From: Octopus vulgaris | Lineage: Eukaryota | Reading direction: 5' to 3' | DNA length: 64,000 bases | Assembly (NCBI GenBank): GCA_951406725.2 | Contig: OX597815.1 | Coordinates: forward strand, 48,918,001-48,982,000 | Shown: positions 27,207 to 40,958 of the stretch, in pieces | Layout: every line of letters begins with the position of its first letter | Position numbering within the stretch: the stretch's first letter is position 1 | The notes under the pieces: model-generated | The model's database searches: none | What the model was told of the DNA's origin: nothing | The model's input: the letters and a program-made list of their open reading frames with translations, nothing else | Translations under genes and position numbers: made by a program

Positions 27207-27473
27207 TGTATATATATATGTATATACATTTTTCTTTTGTTTTAGTCATTTGACTGCGGCCGTGCTGGAGCACCGCCTTTAGTCGACGATATCGACCCCA
27301 GGACTTATTCTTTGTAAGCCTAGTATTTATTCTATCGGTTTCTTTTGTCGAACTGATAAGTTACAGGGAAGTAAACATACCAACATCGGTCGTCAAGCGA
27401 TGGTAGGGGGACAAACACACAAAAACGCTGTGGGACTGGACACAGCACTATGTGGTTGGGAAGCAAGCTTATA

Positions 27474-27929
27474 TCTATTATATAAAATCCGTTCTGTCTG
27501 TGTGTGTGTCTTCTAGGATCTCGGGCATCCTCCATCCGATTGCGCTCAAACTCGATATGTAGATACCGACGGTATCAGGGCGTGTATAAGTCTTGAAAAA
27601 ATTACAAAAATCGATTCCAGGTGAGAATGCGATCGATAAAGCCGTGAGAACGTGCATTTGTACGCGCAAGTACATCAGCTGTTGTGATGTACTTACTGGC
27701 ACTTTAAACTCTTCGGTTGCATATTTGTGTGAATAAAATCATTTTTCTTTGGAATAGAAAAAAAATGTCTATCTTTATTTCTTTTGCTGGTGTCTCAAAT
27801 TTAGGTTAAATCAGTGTTTCCCAAAGGGGAGGCCTATGGGACGGTTGGACAAGTTGTTATGAGAAAATTTGGTTTAAATGTTTGACAACTCAGCACCGTC
27901 CATTGGAGGGGGGGGGGGCGTTTTGCTCG
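27474..27929 (+). mobile_element. Non-autonomous Helitron, degraded 3' end
   Basis: 5' A|TCTATTATATAAAA...ctgtctgtgtg is typical of Helitron 5' ends. The 3' gggcgttttgctcg|t resembles the gggcgatactgctag|t end of the other Helitrons here. Confidence 0.55.
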
Positions 27930-28459
27930 TATATATATATTTGATATCTTCTATATATGAGTGTAAATGTATGTATAAGTACCAGATATCGCCTGTATGT
28001 CTGTGTATAACTGATCTCTTTTGTGCCTGTGTGTAGTTGTGACTATTTGGATATATATGTATGCTTGGAATATTTTATACATGTGTGTACGTATATGCTA
28101 GATATCTTCTATGCTTGTGTATGGTTGTCTATGTGCGTCTACGTACTTAATACCATATGTGCGCGTATGTCTGTATATATATATATTTGATATCTTGTTG
28201 AATGTCTGTATAATATCGTTTACATGATATCTTCTCTGCATGCGTTTACTTGATATCTTCTTTATGTGTGAATGAATAAATATATCTGATATTTTCCGAG
28301 TATGTATGTGTGTGTATATGTGTGTGTGTGTTACGTTAATGTAGGCGTGTGTATGTGTGTGTAGGCGTATGTATCTGGCATCTTCCATGAATGTGTACAT
28401 TTGTCTCTGTCTGTATGTAGGTGTGTTTGTAGGAGACAAAATGATTAAACGTTGTTGAT

Positions 28460-28810
28460 GTTATTGTTGTTTAGCCCCAGGCCAATTCTCCTTGAGCAGA
28501 ATCATGATTAAAGTCGTGACTATTACTGTAATTTATTTGAATTTGGATAAAATATACGCTGGACCACGTTATGCTATGTATCTTCATTTGTAAGGCAGTA
28601 TTAACAGTGATTTGAAGGTAGCGTAGCTAGAGTGTGTGCCACTCGGGGCAGAATCTGAGCTTGCCGCGCCTCAGGGGCCTCCAAAGCCTCTGTACAGGCT
28701 TATACAGCCGCTCCCATAAAGGCGTCGCCAGGAACGGACCACCACCTCGCACCCCGCCCTCCATACTACGCTACCGAAATTAGCTACTATTTCTAACCAG
28801 TGGAGAAATA
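28460..28810 (-). mobile_element. Repeat family D (ends in ctggggctaaacaacaac on the minus strand), here interrupted by a MITE
   Basis: Related copies near 15250-15380, 30565-30700, 37670-37850, 39460-39690, 55100-55290, 57975-58175 and 58830-59010. Confidence 0.6.
28617..28775. mobile_element. Short GC-rich MITE with hAT-like TIRs
   Basis: ggtagcgtag ... ctacgctacc 10-bp inverted termini. It interrupts the family D copy. Confidence 0.55.
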
Positions 28811-29155
28811 GTAGTTCTCAACCCGGGTATTTATGGCCCTTTGGGGTCCATATGAGATTGAGTGTTAAAATTTATATGCAATGAGTTGGCTATACAATGA
28901 GTTGTGTACGCATACAGTATACAAAATATTTTAACATTTTCTTAATGTAATTTCTAATAATATTTATTCTTTTATTCTTTTACTTTGAGGGGTTTTAGTC
29001 AAACAAATGAACCTGAGGACTTCTTTCTATTTAAGCCTAGTACTTATTCTATCAGTCTCTTTTGCTGAACCGCTAAGTTACGGGGACATAAAACACAACA
29101 CCGGTTGCCAAGTGGTGATGGAGACAAACACAGACACACACAAATATACATATAT

Positions 29156-29236
<81 letters not shown>

Positions 29237-29237
<1 letters not shown>

Positions 29238-29628
29238 TAGCAGTATCGCCCGGCGTTGCTCGGGTTTGTAAGGGAAATAACTATAAAGCATTTTTAGAGA
29301 GTTATAGCCAAAAAATTGCAAAAAATGCATTAAAAATGGAAAAAAAATTATGGTAAATTTTTTTTAAATCGTTGACTCATCGTAGACATTTTTAGAGAGT
29401 TACTTCTCTTATATTTAAAAAATATGCATTAAAATGGAAGAAAATGATGGTAAATTATTTTTAAAATCGTAGACTCATCGTAGACGCGCGGTAATACCCA
29501 GAAGGGCTTGATATGAATCACGACTATAAGATACCCGGTTTTGGTTAAACTGCACCGCAAAATGTGGGAGTAGTTAGGAATCTAAATCGGAGTAGACAGA
29601 CACACAACCTTACTTTTATATATAAAGA
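29237..29628 (-). mobile_element. Non-autonomous Helitron (family H1)
   Basis: On the minus strand: 5' A|TC, 3' hairpin cccgagcaacgccggg then CTAG|T. Near-identical copy at 49837-50229. Confidence 0.88.
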
Positions 29629-30186
29629 TATATATATATATGTAATCTTCCATCACCACCACCACCACCACCACTACCAACAACAACAACAACAACAAGG
29701 ACGACGACGAGGACGACGGTGACGACAACGACGAAAAAAAGAACATGCTACCAATACCGTTTTTACGACAGTCGTAGCAGAAGAGCTTATTAGAAAACAC
29801 TGCACTGCCTGCCCATTATGATTACTGCGAGTCTAGAAATTTCGCCAGTAGCAATTTGATGCGTTACATAACTAAGCTAACTAACCATGTATCTACGTAT
29901 CGACACCCACATTATATATATACACACACAAACACACACACACACATATGTATATACATAAAAATATATGCAAATATATATATATTTATATGTGTGTGTG
30001 TACTCTAAGCATTTGTATGTGTGTACATATATATCTACACATACATACATACATACATACATACATACATACATACATGTACATATATATGTATGTACGA
30101 CTGTATGCATGTATGAGCCATATGATCGCACCGCTCAGTACCAGTCAGTACAAAATCTAAAACTACTTCCTACACTTGTGTTTTGA

Positions 30187-30296
30187 CGTTAATTTTGTAC
30201 GTCAGACATTTAAAAATAGAAGATTCCATATTTTATGTGTGTTTGTTATTGTTGAAATCGTCTATTTTTAAAAGTGTTTGACGTAAAAATTAACGT
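30187..30296. repeat. Foldback with about 40-bp imperfect inverted arms (MITE-like)
   Basis: acgttaattttgtacgtcagacatttaaaaatagaagatt pairs with aatcgtctatttttaaaagtgtttgacgtaaaaattaacgt. Confidence 0.7.
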
Positions 30297-30790
30297 TTAC
30301 CGCCAACCTGAGCCCGACCGCCCGACCGCCCGACCGCCCGGCCGCCTCCATTTCTTTCGCTATCCACCCTCACTCATACCACACGACTGATCCAAACAAC
30401 GTTTAACGCTATCTTGCCTATCTTCAAGTAGAATCAACGCTTCAGTTATGATATGTCACTATTGGAATAAGGTCAGGAATTTTGTTTTGGGGAGTACGAA
30501 GAAGAAATTGGATGGAGGGATGTCATTACTGCAGCTGTTGTTTTTGTTGCTGCTGTTGTTGCTGTTTAACCCTGAGATCACTGACTGAGCAAACATACGA
30601 TCAAAGTCTATCTTGCTATAAACAAACCGTATTTATTTATTTATTTATTTATTTCCTAGCTATTTAAGACTTCGTTATCCAATGTGTCTTTTCCATATTC
30701 ATTAAAACTTTGGGAGTGTTAGTTTCTTTAACTGGTTGTTGTTAGACGAAAAGAAGAAAAACAAACAAACAATAACCTATAAACAAATAT

Positions 30791-30842
<52 letters not shown>

Positions 30843-30940
30843 TGTATAGAAGGAGTTATAACCCAAGCTGTGTCCGCGTGAGACACATCTGCACATTCCG
30901 ATAATCAAATGTATCTATTGGCATGTTATATTTTAAACGA

Positions 30941-31220
30941 GTGAAGACATATGGTTTAGTGATTAACGATATTCGGATCATGACCCTCAGTTCGATTCCT
31001 GGCAGTTCGTTATGTCCTTGAGCAAGACACTTTATTTCACGTTCCTCACTGGCAAAATTGAATAGTATCTGCATTTCAAAGGGCCAGCCTTGTCACACTC
31101 TGTGTCACGCTGAATCTCCATGAGAACTACATTAAAGGCATTGCATGTTGAGTTCACGAGCAGGTTGTTCCATTAATCGGATCAACTGGGACATTGATCG
31201 TCGTAACCGACAGAGTGGCT
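30941..31220 (+). mobile_element. SINE family E copy
   Basis: agttcgattcc B box, gtccttgagcaagacact, tail gtcgtaaccgacagagtggc. Confidence 0.85.
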
Positions 31221-31309
31221 GTTTCGATTTTAAATGAAGAGTATATACCATTGAAAGTTCTGGAGAATTACATTTGCAGAGAAAGTATGTATTAATACAA
31301 AGTATACTA

Positions 31310-31894
<585 letters not shown>

Positions 31895-32361
31895 TATATA
31901 TGACATTTGCAGAGAAAATTTATATTAGTTCAAAGATTGTGTATTTGGAGAATTTTTAATCCTATCTTACACATGTTTCATTATGGGATACGAATTACTA
32001 ACCCTAACCCATAATTCATTAGACAAAGATCCAAATCTTTAATGAACTGTTTGTGTCCTCCTATCCCGTAATGAAACACGCGTAACATGAAATTAGAACT
32101 ATGCCCAAATTTTCCAGTCTTCGTTTTAATGTGTGTGTATGTGTGTGCGTGTGTGTGTGCGTGCGTGTATGTGTTTTTCTCTCACCACCACTTGACACTG
32201 GTGTTAGTGTGTTTACGTCCCCGTAACTTAGCGGTTCATAACCCCCCCCCCCAAAAAAAAAACGAATAAGAAACAGACTTTAAAGAAACTTACTGCAGTC
32301 GATTCGTTTCACTAAAATTCTTCAAGGCAGTGATCCAGCGTGGCCGCAGTTTAGTGACTGA

Positions 32362-32420
<59 letters not shown>

Positions 32421-32821
32421 CCTTATGAAAAGTATAGTTGCGGTAGTTATCATGTGGTTTTTGTGGTGCATATAAGAACACTTGTTTGTACTGCTAGCGG
32501 GAGATAAATCACCCGCCATTCCCACCGCCGACTGCAGCCTTCCATGGCCTTGACAATGGTAGACGCTCGACCGCTGGAAATTGCAGTGGTATCTCCGCAT
32601 AGAATCTCAGTGCCTGATCAGGTACTGGTGTCGCGAATAGCTAGTGGGCTTATTATGAAAATAATGAATTATCTCTGCCTAGAGATATAAACAAGCACAT
32701 TTATATGCATCAAGAGCTCATATGAGAGGTTCTCACATGGTAACTACCGCAGTATTGTGCTCTAACACAACATCCACTTTTAAGTGGGGATAAATATTAC
32801 CTTATGAAAAGTATAGTTGCT

Positions 32822-33110
32822 ACATGGGTGAACGACAAAACGCAATCCAACATTCATTAAGCCAATTCATTGTCAAAAAAGCAAGAAGCATGTATAAACA
32901 TTTACAAGAAATAATTCAGAATGCACTGGTAGCAGAGGATAAGTTGATGGATTCAAACGGTGGCGAAACCTACACGGGTGAATCGGTAGATGCAGAGGCA
33001 CAAACGGTCAACATATTTACCTAGGGTTTTTCAGTGTTTCATCCCCAGTTTGTATACAAATTCCATACTTCACGTTTCTCTCCCTGTTTCAGTCTCTTTG
33101 TGTCTGTCAG

Positions 33111-33169
<59 letters not shown>

Positions 33170-33790
33170 AGAAACACTTCAGAGTTGAAGGATCGAAAAG
33201 ACAACTTAACACTAGGCTGTTTATACCTCAATCTGAAACCAAGCGCTCATTTATCACTCAAAAACATTTCGAGCAATAAGGAAATACAGATACAAAACGT
33301 ACATTTGCCTACGGCAGGAAATCTAACTGGAAGACATGGCCAAGAAGAGAAATTTTCACAAAGTAGAAAAAAAGAGAAAATATTACTAAGAACGTAACCT
33401 TGAATCATAATCAGTAATCATCAATAATATCGTTGTGCTGGCCAATAAAAGACGAATGCAAAATATCAATGCAAGAGATTTGAAGGTGGTAAAAGTCTCA
33501 TGGAAAGAGTTCATCGATTGATGATCTGTATGAGTTAGCTTACCAAAACATTCAAAATGAGCCTGAAGATTTTATTATAGAGCCAGTAACACCAGAAAAA
33601 AAAAGTTTTGTGAATTTTTCAGTAACAACATCACCAAAATTACAAAGAACAAGAACTAATTTACTGAGAATTTATCTGACTTACAACGCAGTACAAATTC
33701 AAAGAGAAAGGTTGTGAATGTGATATCATGCTATCACGTATTGATACATAAGAGAAAGCAGGCCGCATTACATACATAATTTGAGAAACA
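32822..33790 (+). pseudogene. Highly decayed Tigger/pogo-family transposase
   Basis: Frameshifted pieces in order: MKSIVATWVND, SLSQFIVKKARSMY..SNG, GESVDAEAQ, KDNLTL, FIPQSETKRS, KVVNVISCYHVLIHKRKQ. These follow the Tigger CENP-B HTH, DDE-start and C-terminal motifs. Confidence 0.6.
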
Positions 33791-33991
33791 ACCAATGTGT
33801 GCGAAGCAGAAAACTGCGCTGGAAACTCATCCCAGATATAGATTCTTTTATCCTATTTTACACTGCAGCATTGCAAATAAATTAACAGTGAATATATGTT
33901 GGTGTACGCACCGATGAAGTTGATTCAATTAACCTGTTTCATAATTTTGTACTAAAATCAGACCGTTTTTTTCCCCTAATTTTATCACTAA

Positions 33992-34368
33992 CTAGCTGTA
34001 TCGCCCGGCGTTGCTCGCGTTTGTTTCGACCCTTTAGAATTGGAATTTTTGAAAAGTAAAAATCTTGCATTATGTAGCTTGTTATTCTCTTTAATTGAAC
34101 ATTTTTCTGGTTGAAATACACCGATAAATGGCGACACAGCAGTCAAAAAATCGTAAAAAATAGGGATTTTCATAGAAAAAAAGCACCTTTTTGATGTAAA
34201 TAATTTTTCATCTTAACATGGTCCGATTTGAATTTTATCTTCTACGGAATGAAGAGCAAGCCTTGTTCTATCATACTATCAATTTTGGTAAAGTTGCGTC
34301 ACAGGGTCTCGGAGAAGATAGTGTTAGTTGAAGGCTACCAAACCTGCCACACACAGACAACTTCAGTT
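33992..34368 (-). mobile_element. Non-autonomous Helitron (family H2), 5' end damaged
   Basis: Shares the H1 3' terminus (gagcaacgccgggcgatacagCTAG|t) but has an unrelated body. Confidence 0.75.
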
Positions 34369-34495
34369 GACAGCATCACTAGACGCTACCCAAAGTTATT
34401 CAGTGCCTTAAGGGGTGCGAGAGTAAGCCTGGAATTTTCAGTTGTTTGGGGATATCTATGAACTTCCTTTATGTTAGTAACACTGTTTCATATGT

Positions 34496-34526
<31 letters not shown>

Positions 34527-34584
34527 CGCGCGCACTTGTATCTATACACATATATACACATATCTCCTGACATACATACATACA

Positions 34585-34668
<84 letters not shown>

Positions 34669-34747
34669 TCGTGTTTGGATTTGATTTACAAGATTCTTTA
34701 TGTGAGTTCAAGGCACCAAAAGAGAATGACTCTTCCCAGACACAACA

Positions 34748-34789
<42 letters not shown>

Positions 34790-34992
34790 TATTCTTATAC
34801 AAGAATGTTTTTGACAATGGTTTCGAAATTTCGGTCAGCAAAGCCATCGTGTGACTGGCCGAAACTTCAAAGTCACTATCAACAACGTTCTTCTATAAGA
34901 ATAATAATTTTGTACTCCACATAAATATAGAGCAACGCATCAGATTAATGCTTTTTAACTGAACATAATAACCAAGCGTTAATATATATATA

Positions 34993-35030
<38 letters not shown>

Positions 35031-35049
35031 GGCTTATGTTTACGAGTGT

Positions 35050-35088
<39 letters not shown>

Positions 35089-35142
35089 TACATACATATA
35101 TAAACGAAGGCGTAATGTATAGGTGCAGTAGCATTTTATCAA

Positions 35143-35176
<34 letters not shown>

Positions 35177-35824
35177 TATGCAATCTCTCTCTTCCCTCTT
35201 TAATAAGACAAGAATGAGAAATGGCAAAAACTTTCATGCGATTTCTGTTATTCAGTTGATATAAACAACGCCAAATTTCTAAAAAGCTCCAAAGCACTAT
35301 AAAACGGTAAATTTAGATTTACCCGAAAGAAAGAAAAAAGTCATTGCGCTTTACAGTTCACTAAAAAACATCACACAAACACCTTAGTACTATTCTTAAA
35401 AATAACAAGAGGGACCCTGGGAAAAAATTAAACTATGTGCGCACACAACCGTGTGTGTGTATACGTATGCGTATCTCTGTATATATGTACGAATATATGA
35501 ACATTTGTGTGTTGTTAAATGTATACATACATTACATATTAATATTTATATGCACCCATATACATATATTTACATATGTACACACACATACACACCATCT
35601 TGAGAGGGATGGGTTCCACCAGATTTAAAATGCCCAAGAGAGGCTCCCGTAACTCACAGCGACGCTCCTGTGACCCCATCAGGAGGAGTTGAATGACTTA
35701 AGGGTATATGTGTGTGTGCGCGCACGTGCAAATATATATATATACCTTACTAATGCGTAAATATATAGATAAATATATATATATATATGTTACTTATATA
35801 TATCTATATATTTACACATTAGTA

Positions 35825-35874
<50 letters not shown>

Positions 35875-35889
35875 TACATACTTTTGTTA

Positions 35890-36108
35890 TGTTACTAGTT
35901 TGAATAATTTGACTGCGGATATGCTGGGGCACCACTTTAAAGGGTTTTTAGTCGATGAAATCGATCCCAGGACTTATTCTTTGTAAGCCTGGTACTTATT
36001 CTATCGGGATCTTTGTAAGCCGGGTACTTATTCTATCGGGGACGTAAACACACCAACATTGGTTGTCAAGCGATGGTGGGGACAAACAGAAACACAGACA
36101 CACACATG

Positions 36109-36160
<52 letters not shown>

Positions 36161-36260
36161 TGTATGTATGACGGGCTTCTTTCAGTTTTTCTCTGTCAAA
36201 TCCACTCACAAGGCTTTGGCTATAGCCGAAGACACTCTCCAAAGGTGCCAAGCAGTAGGA
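35890..36260 (-). mobile_element. SINE family A copy
   Basis: Collinear with the reverse complement of 19479-19881. Contains a short internal duplication of ctttgtaagcc.ggtacttattctatcggg. Confidence 0.85.
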
Positions 36261-36653
36261 CAATGCGGTTGAGATACTTCTGCAGTCTGCATTCTGGGTT
36301 GAGATCGTGCTGCCTCTCAGCGGAAAAAAAGAAGCCATCTTCGACATCCGAAACGTAAAAAAGAAAAACAGAAAAAAAAGGGATCGGTAATATGTTTCTT
36401 GAGTCCTTAATGAAGAATGTAAGTATTTCAACCGATCAATCTAAATGTTAACGCAACGGCTGACAAGAGAAAATGTAAAAGTTTCAAGTCAAGTGTAGTC
36501 AATGAACTCTACGAACAACCGATGCTTTACGTATATATGCGTGCGCGTGTGTTTATACTTATTTGTATGTGCACGTTTAATATACATGTACTTATATATC
36601 TATATTATGAGTATGAATATATAATATATATGATACAGATACGAATTTATATA

Positions 36654-36892
36654 CTGGGTGTCCATCAATTTTTCTTTACAATCCAGAAAAATTCAGAAAG
36701 AAAAATGTAAGGACAACTCAGCAGGTTGTGCGCAACCAATGGAGTTCGCTTAGGATTGTTCTGATATTTCTAATAAAGCTTAGTTTGTTCCTTATGTTTT
36801 CCAATAAATTCTGATGGGTTATGCTCTTTTTCTGTTTTTTACCCCCGGTTTTTTTTTTTATCAAATTGTGAAAGTAATATATGAACACACTG
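36654..36892. mobile_element. Tc1/mariner-type MITE
   Basis: TA-flanked imperfect TIRs of about 30 bp: ctgggtgtccat... and ...atgaacacactg. Confidence 0.55.
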
Positions 36893-36931
36893 TATATACG
36901 TATGCATTTTTGAACACCCACTCACCCTCTC

Positions 36932-36981
<50 letters not shown>

Positions 36982-37069
36982 TAGATTCAGATGAATATGG
37001 TACTTAGGTTGAGGCATCAGAATTTAGTATAGTTTTATCCATACAATTTTAAAATAAGGTGATTAAAAT

Positions 37070-37131
37070 CAAAATAAGCGACAAGGATATCCAGAGGTAA
37101 TTACCTCTGGATATCCTTGTTGCTTATTTTG
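37070..37131. repeat. 62-bp spacerless palindrome with one mismatch
   Basis: caaaataagcgacaaggatatccagaggtaa|ttacctctggatatccttgttgcttattttg. Confidence 0.95.
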
Positions 37132-37284
37132 TTATATATATATATATATGTATATAATAAACCTTTACATAAATAAATAACGTGAAAGACACGAAGGGAC
37201 GAACATGAGAGAGAGACGGGTCATTCAAAGGCTTCGTTCTTCAGTCAGAAACCGATTCCTCATCGCAGATTTCGGCTGTTTAAT

Positions 37285-37324
<40 letters not shown>

Positions 37325-38128
37325 GCACTCACACATATGTAGACAGACAGACAGATAGATAGATTGATGGATGGATGGGTGGATGGATAGATACTCGCTT
37401 AATAAATGATTTGATCTGCGATCATGTATTGTAAATATAGTTACATGACGCGCGGCTCCTTACAGACCCATTTATAACAATATGTATTGTTTACATTGTA
37501 TCTTAAGTGTATTTATTTATATAACATTGTTATGTTGTGAGCGTGATTACCACTTGGATGGAGTGGAATGGAAGAATAAAAGAATATATATAATTTGTAC
37601 TATGGTAGTTTGCTTAAAACGAAGCGCTGGATGATCCAAATCTTTGAAACGGTGCTTTCATGCATTCGATTTATCTACTAGAAACAGCAGCCAATTCTCC
37701 CTTAATTCACCCCACCCCCAAAAATGATGAACACGTTGGATAATGTTTCTGAATTCAAGATACACTACTTCTGAATATGAACGGGATCTTGGAATCCATA
37801 TAAATCTTTGGTCACAGGCCAATTAGATCGGTTTTGACCTGGACTAAACAATAGGTAAAAAATGAAAAAAAGAATCCAGTTTCTTTTGATTAGTTAATAA
37901 AAACCTTATCTTTTGTAAGGATATATTTGGTGGAGGAACCGGAACTGGAGCCAGAACTGGAACCGGAACTAGAGTCGGAGAAGAAGCAGTCGTTGTTGTC
38001 GTTGAAAGATTAATTTATCATCTAATCTTTCAGAGCTATCTCACCACTTTGTTCTATTTGCTAGAAATAACAACTAAATTACTCTGAAATGACACTCAGC
38101 GAGCAAAAATGAGTAGTTCCTGTAATTC

Positions 38129-38341
38129 AGAGGTGCTGAAAAGTTCTTGGCTTTAGATAAAAGGAAATACAGGAGGATCAGTTAATTGTGATTTTATTCA
38201 ACATATCTCCCTCTCAGATTCACACACTTATTGCAGCGGTCTTTCAGTTTTTCTAAGCCTTGTAAAAGGACTCAGAAGGTTGGGCCTCCAACCAGGCCTT
38301 TTGCAACACCTTTAATGCCAGGAACTTTTCAGCACCCCTCG
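38129..38341 (-). mobile_element. Mariner-derived MITE (third copy)
   Basis: Same TIRs as 31310-31506, with the body in reverse orientation. Confidence 0.85.
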
Positions 38342-38886
38342 TATATTTATATACCTAATATACGCACACATACGTATACACCCTTCTTAAAGAAACAGAC
38401 GGACATATAAGATAATGTAGTTCTAGATTATCCTAAAACAAAACGGAATGGGCACTGCTTTAGTGCCATTGACTATAGACATCTTGGAATGGAATATAGT
38501 AAATTGGATTGAGCACCAGTATGTAACTGGTATTGATTCTATAACTGGTATATGTATACTATAGTCAGCTCAGTGTCTCGTCTTTCTTTCTTTGCCCCCT
38601 CTGCTCAACGAACTACCCCTAACCGATCCTTTGACAGTAAGCCACCAGCTGGTCGGTTATAAGCAATTTTGGGTGCAAGTGTGAAATAGAACAAACGACA
38701 AAAATAAGAAAGAAAGAAAGAAAGAAGTAGTAGTAGCAGCAGCAGCAGCAGCAAGTACTCTTGTTATTGAAGAAAGTAAAGTTGACTTCAGTGGTATTTG
38801 ATCTTAGAGCATGGGATACCGGGACATATATCAACATTCTGATGGCTATGCCAGTTCGTCCCATTCAGAGACTTAAAAAAGAAATG

Positions 38887-39407
38887 CCGTAAATCCTCGA
38901 GTATAGTCCGCCCTTGAGTATAATACGCAGGGGATTTTTAGGAGGTTGTTCCTCTGAAAAACCTAAACCTTGTGTATAATACGCATCCCTTCTCTAACTT
39001 GAGTCGTGCGTAATTAAGCCAGCAGCACCTAGTCGAACAAACACTTCCGCGCATGCGTAATAAAATAATGGCAATGTTCTTAAATGTTATATGGGAATGT
39101 AAATATGTTTGCAAATTGTTTTTGTTATATGTTATTCTGCGTTCTGAATACTTTTATTTTAATAAATGTTGCTTACTGCAAGTTATGGATGATTCTTTTA
39201 TGACTTCATTACTTTCGGGCTTAGCTTAAGGTATTTTCGCGCCCGACATCACAAAATGCGTCTGAATAAACATTACCCGACAGCAAATAGAGACTCGGAC
39301 ATTGCTTAGAAAGTATTTTTCATTTTTAACCTCGTATATAGTACGCACTAAGGATTTTGACCTTTAAATTTTTGGAAAAAATGCGGATTATACTCGAGGA
39401 TTTACGG
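38887..39407. mobile_element. Pogo/Tc2-like MITE
   Basis: 25-bp TIRs ccgtaaatcctcgagtatagtccgc / gcggattatactcgaggatttacgg. TA on the right flank, tg on the left. Confidence 0.85.
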
Positions 39408-40220
39408 TAAAATGAAATTATTAATCAGTGATATCTGCCACAAGAACAAAAGCTATGTTGTGATTTAGCCCCAGGTCACCTCTGACCTAGCATACCCATG
39501 ATCAAATGCAATTTAACTGTGACAATTCCGTTTTTTTATTTTTCTTTCAGCTAAAGTGTTCCTAAGATCCTATTATTCAAAAGGTTTTACATTAAAAAAC
39601 AAAAACAAAACAAAACAAAACAGGAATGTTTGATATGGGAGAAATTTAGTTGCTTCTTCTAGCAGGTCGAGCAACCAAACAGGCTTTTCTTTATTGCTCT
39701 TTGGGGAGTAATAATGTTTGAGACAAACGAAGGTGTTTCAACTTGGGATTAATATGTGTCACATCGTTCATTTTTAAGAAAATTTTCCTTGACATTGTTT
39801 TGATAACAACAAAAACAGCATCAGCAACAAGTAAACAGGTATAATAACAAGAAAAAAATGTGTAAGGACAGTCCCAATTTCAAGGGTTGAATGCGGGAGA
39901 AATTACACCAACGTTCAAAACTGAAACTTCTCGCTGTTGACAAAATAACTAAAGCCTATCTGATAAAGAAAAATGTGTTAAGCTAAGCCTCAAGGCCAAT
40001 CCAGTTCTCACCAAATGTAACTCGCAACATATCTCTCCCTAGCTTCCTCTCTCTCTCTCTCTCTCTCTCTTTGTCCATCTTCCTAACATGCGCAACAAAG
40101 TCAATTAACTGCCATGTTAGTTCCGATATCTGTATTTCGTTAATTCACAGAGTTAGTTAAATACAGAGTAGAAATATGCGATATAAATTTAACTGTCAGT
40201 GTATCAATTATGCACACACA

Positions 40221-40281
<61 letters not shown>

Positions 40282-40958
40282 GTATTATTTGGAATTGTCA
40301 ATCAGCATGTTGAAAACAACAAGACTACTTGCACATAGTAGGACCCTAAACATTAATAAATGTACTGATAACAATGATTTGATTCGGAATTCAACCCATA
40401 GAAGAACAAAAATGTTCATCCCACATCATCAGTTCTGCTTACCAAAAGTGGCCCACTTGGCACCGTGCATTCGTCGCGTCGCAATGGCTGCGATATACGG
40501 CCACCTCCGATCGGGAGAGGAACGGCCCGTTTCGCCCGTTCCGAATTCGAAAGTAGATCGAGGCCATCAACGTCCCCGGGGCCTCCTTTCTCAGTCAACT
40601 CAATGCGTGCACGTATATATGAAAACGTATGACTTAGTGGTAAGAGTGTTGCACTCACAATCGCAAGGTCACGGTTCCGATACCTGGATTGGGTGGTGTG
40701 TCGTGTTCTTGAATAAACCCTTTATCTCACGTTACTCCAGACACTAAACTGTCAATGAATAACCCTGCAATGAATTAGGTTCACGTTTAGGAGGAAAAGT
40801 TGTGATCTCGGTCGCTCACACGCCATAGAAACCGGGTAATCGGTTCTAGATATGATTGCATGCAAATTTTTTATTAAATGCTATTGAAGAACATGTACTT
40901 TATTCAGTTAATCTCCTTGAATACAATCTCCTGCAAGTAATTGATATTAAACTAGGAA

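Noticed and set aside
31995-32010. Telomere-like taaccctaaccc
   Set aside because: Only two units, too short to call an interstitial telomere.
36267-36434. 14-bp inverted repeat around an internal ccgaaacgta
   Set aside because: Arms are too short and there is no CUGANGA core; not distinguishable from chance by eye.
37933-37985. GGAACC/GGAACT hexamer run that could encode EPELEPEL or GTGTG
   Set aside because: Short degenerate minisatellite with nearby stops and no exon signals.
40505-40580. Hammerhead-like ttgatgg...cgaaacgggccgtt on the minus strand
   Set aside because: The core has two mismatches and no stem I can be formed.
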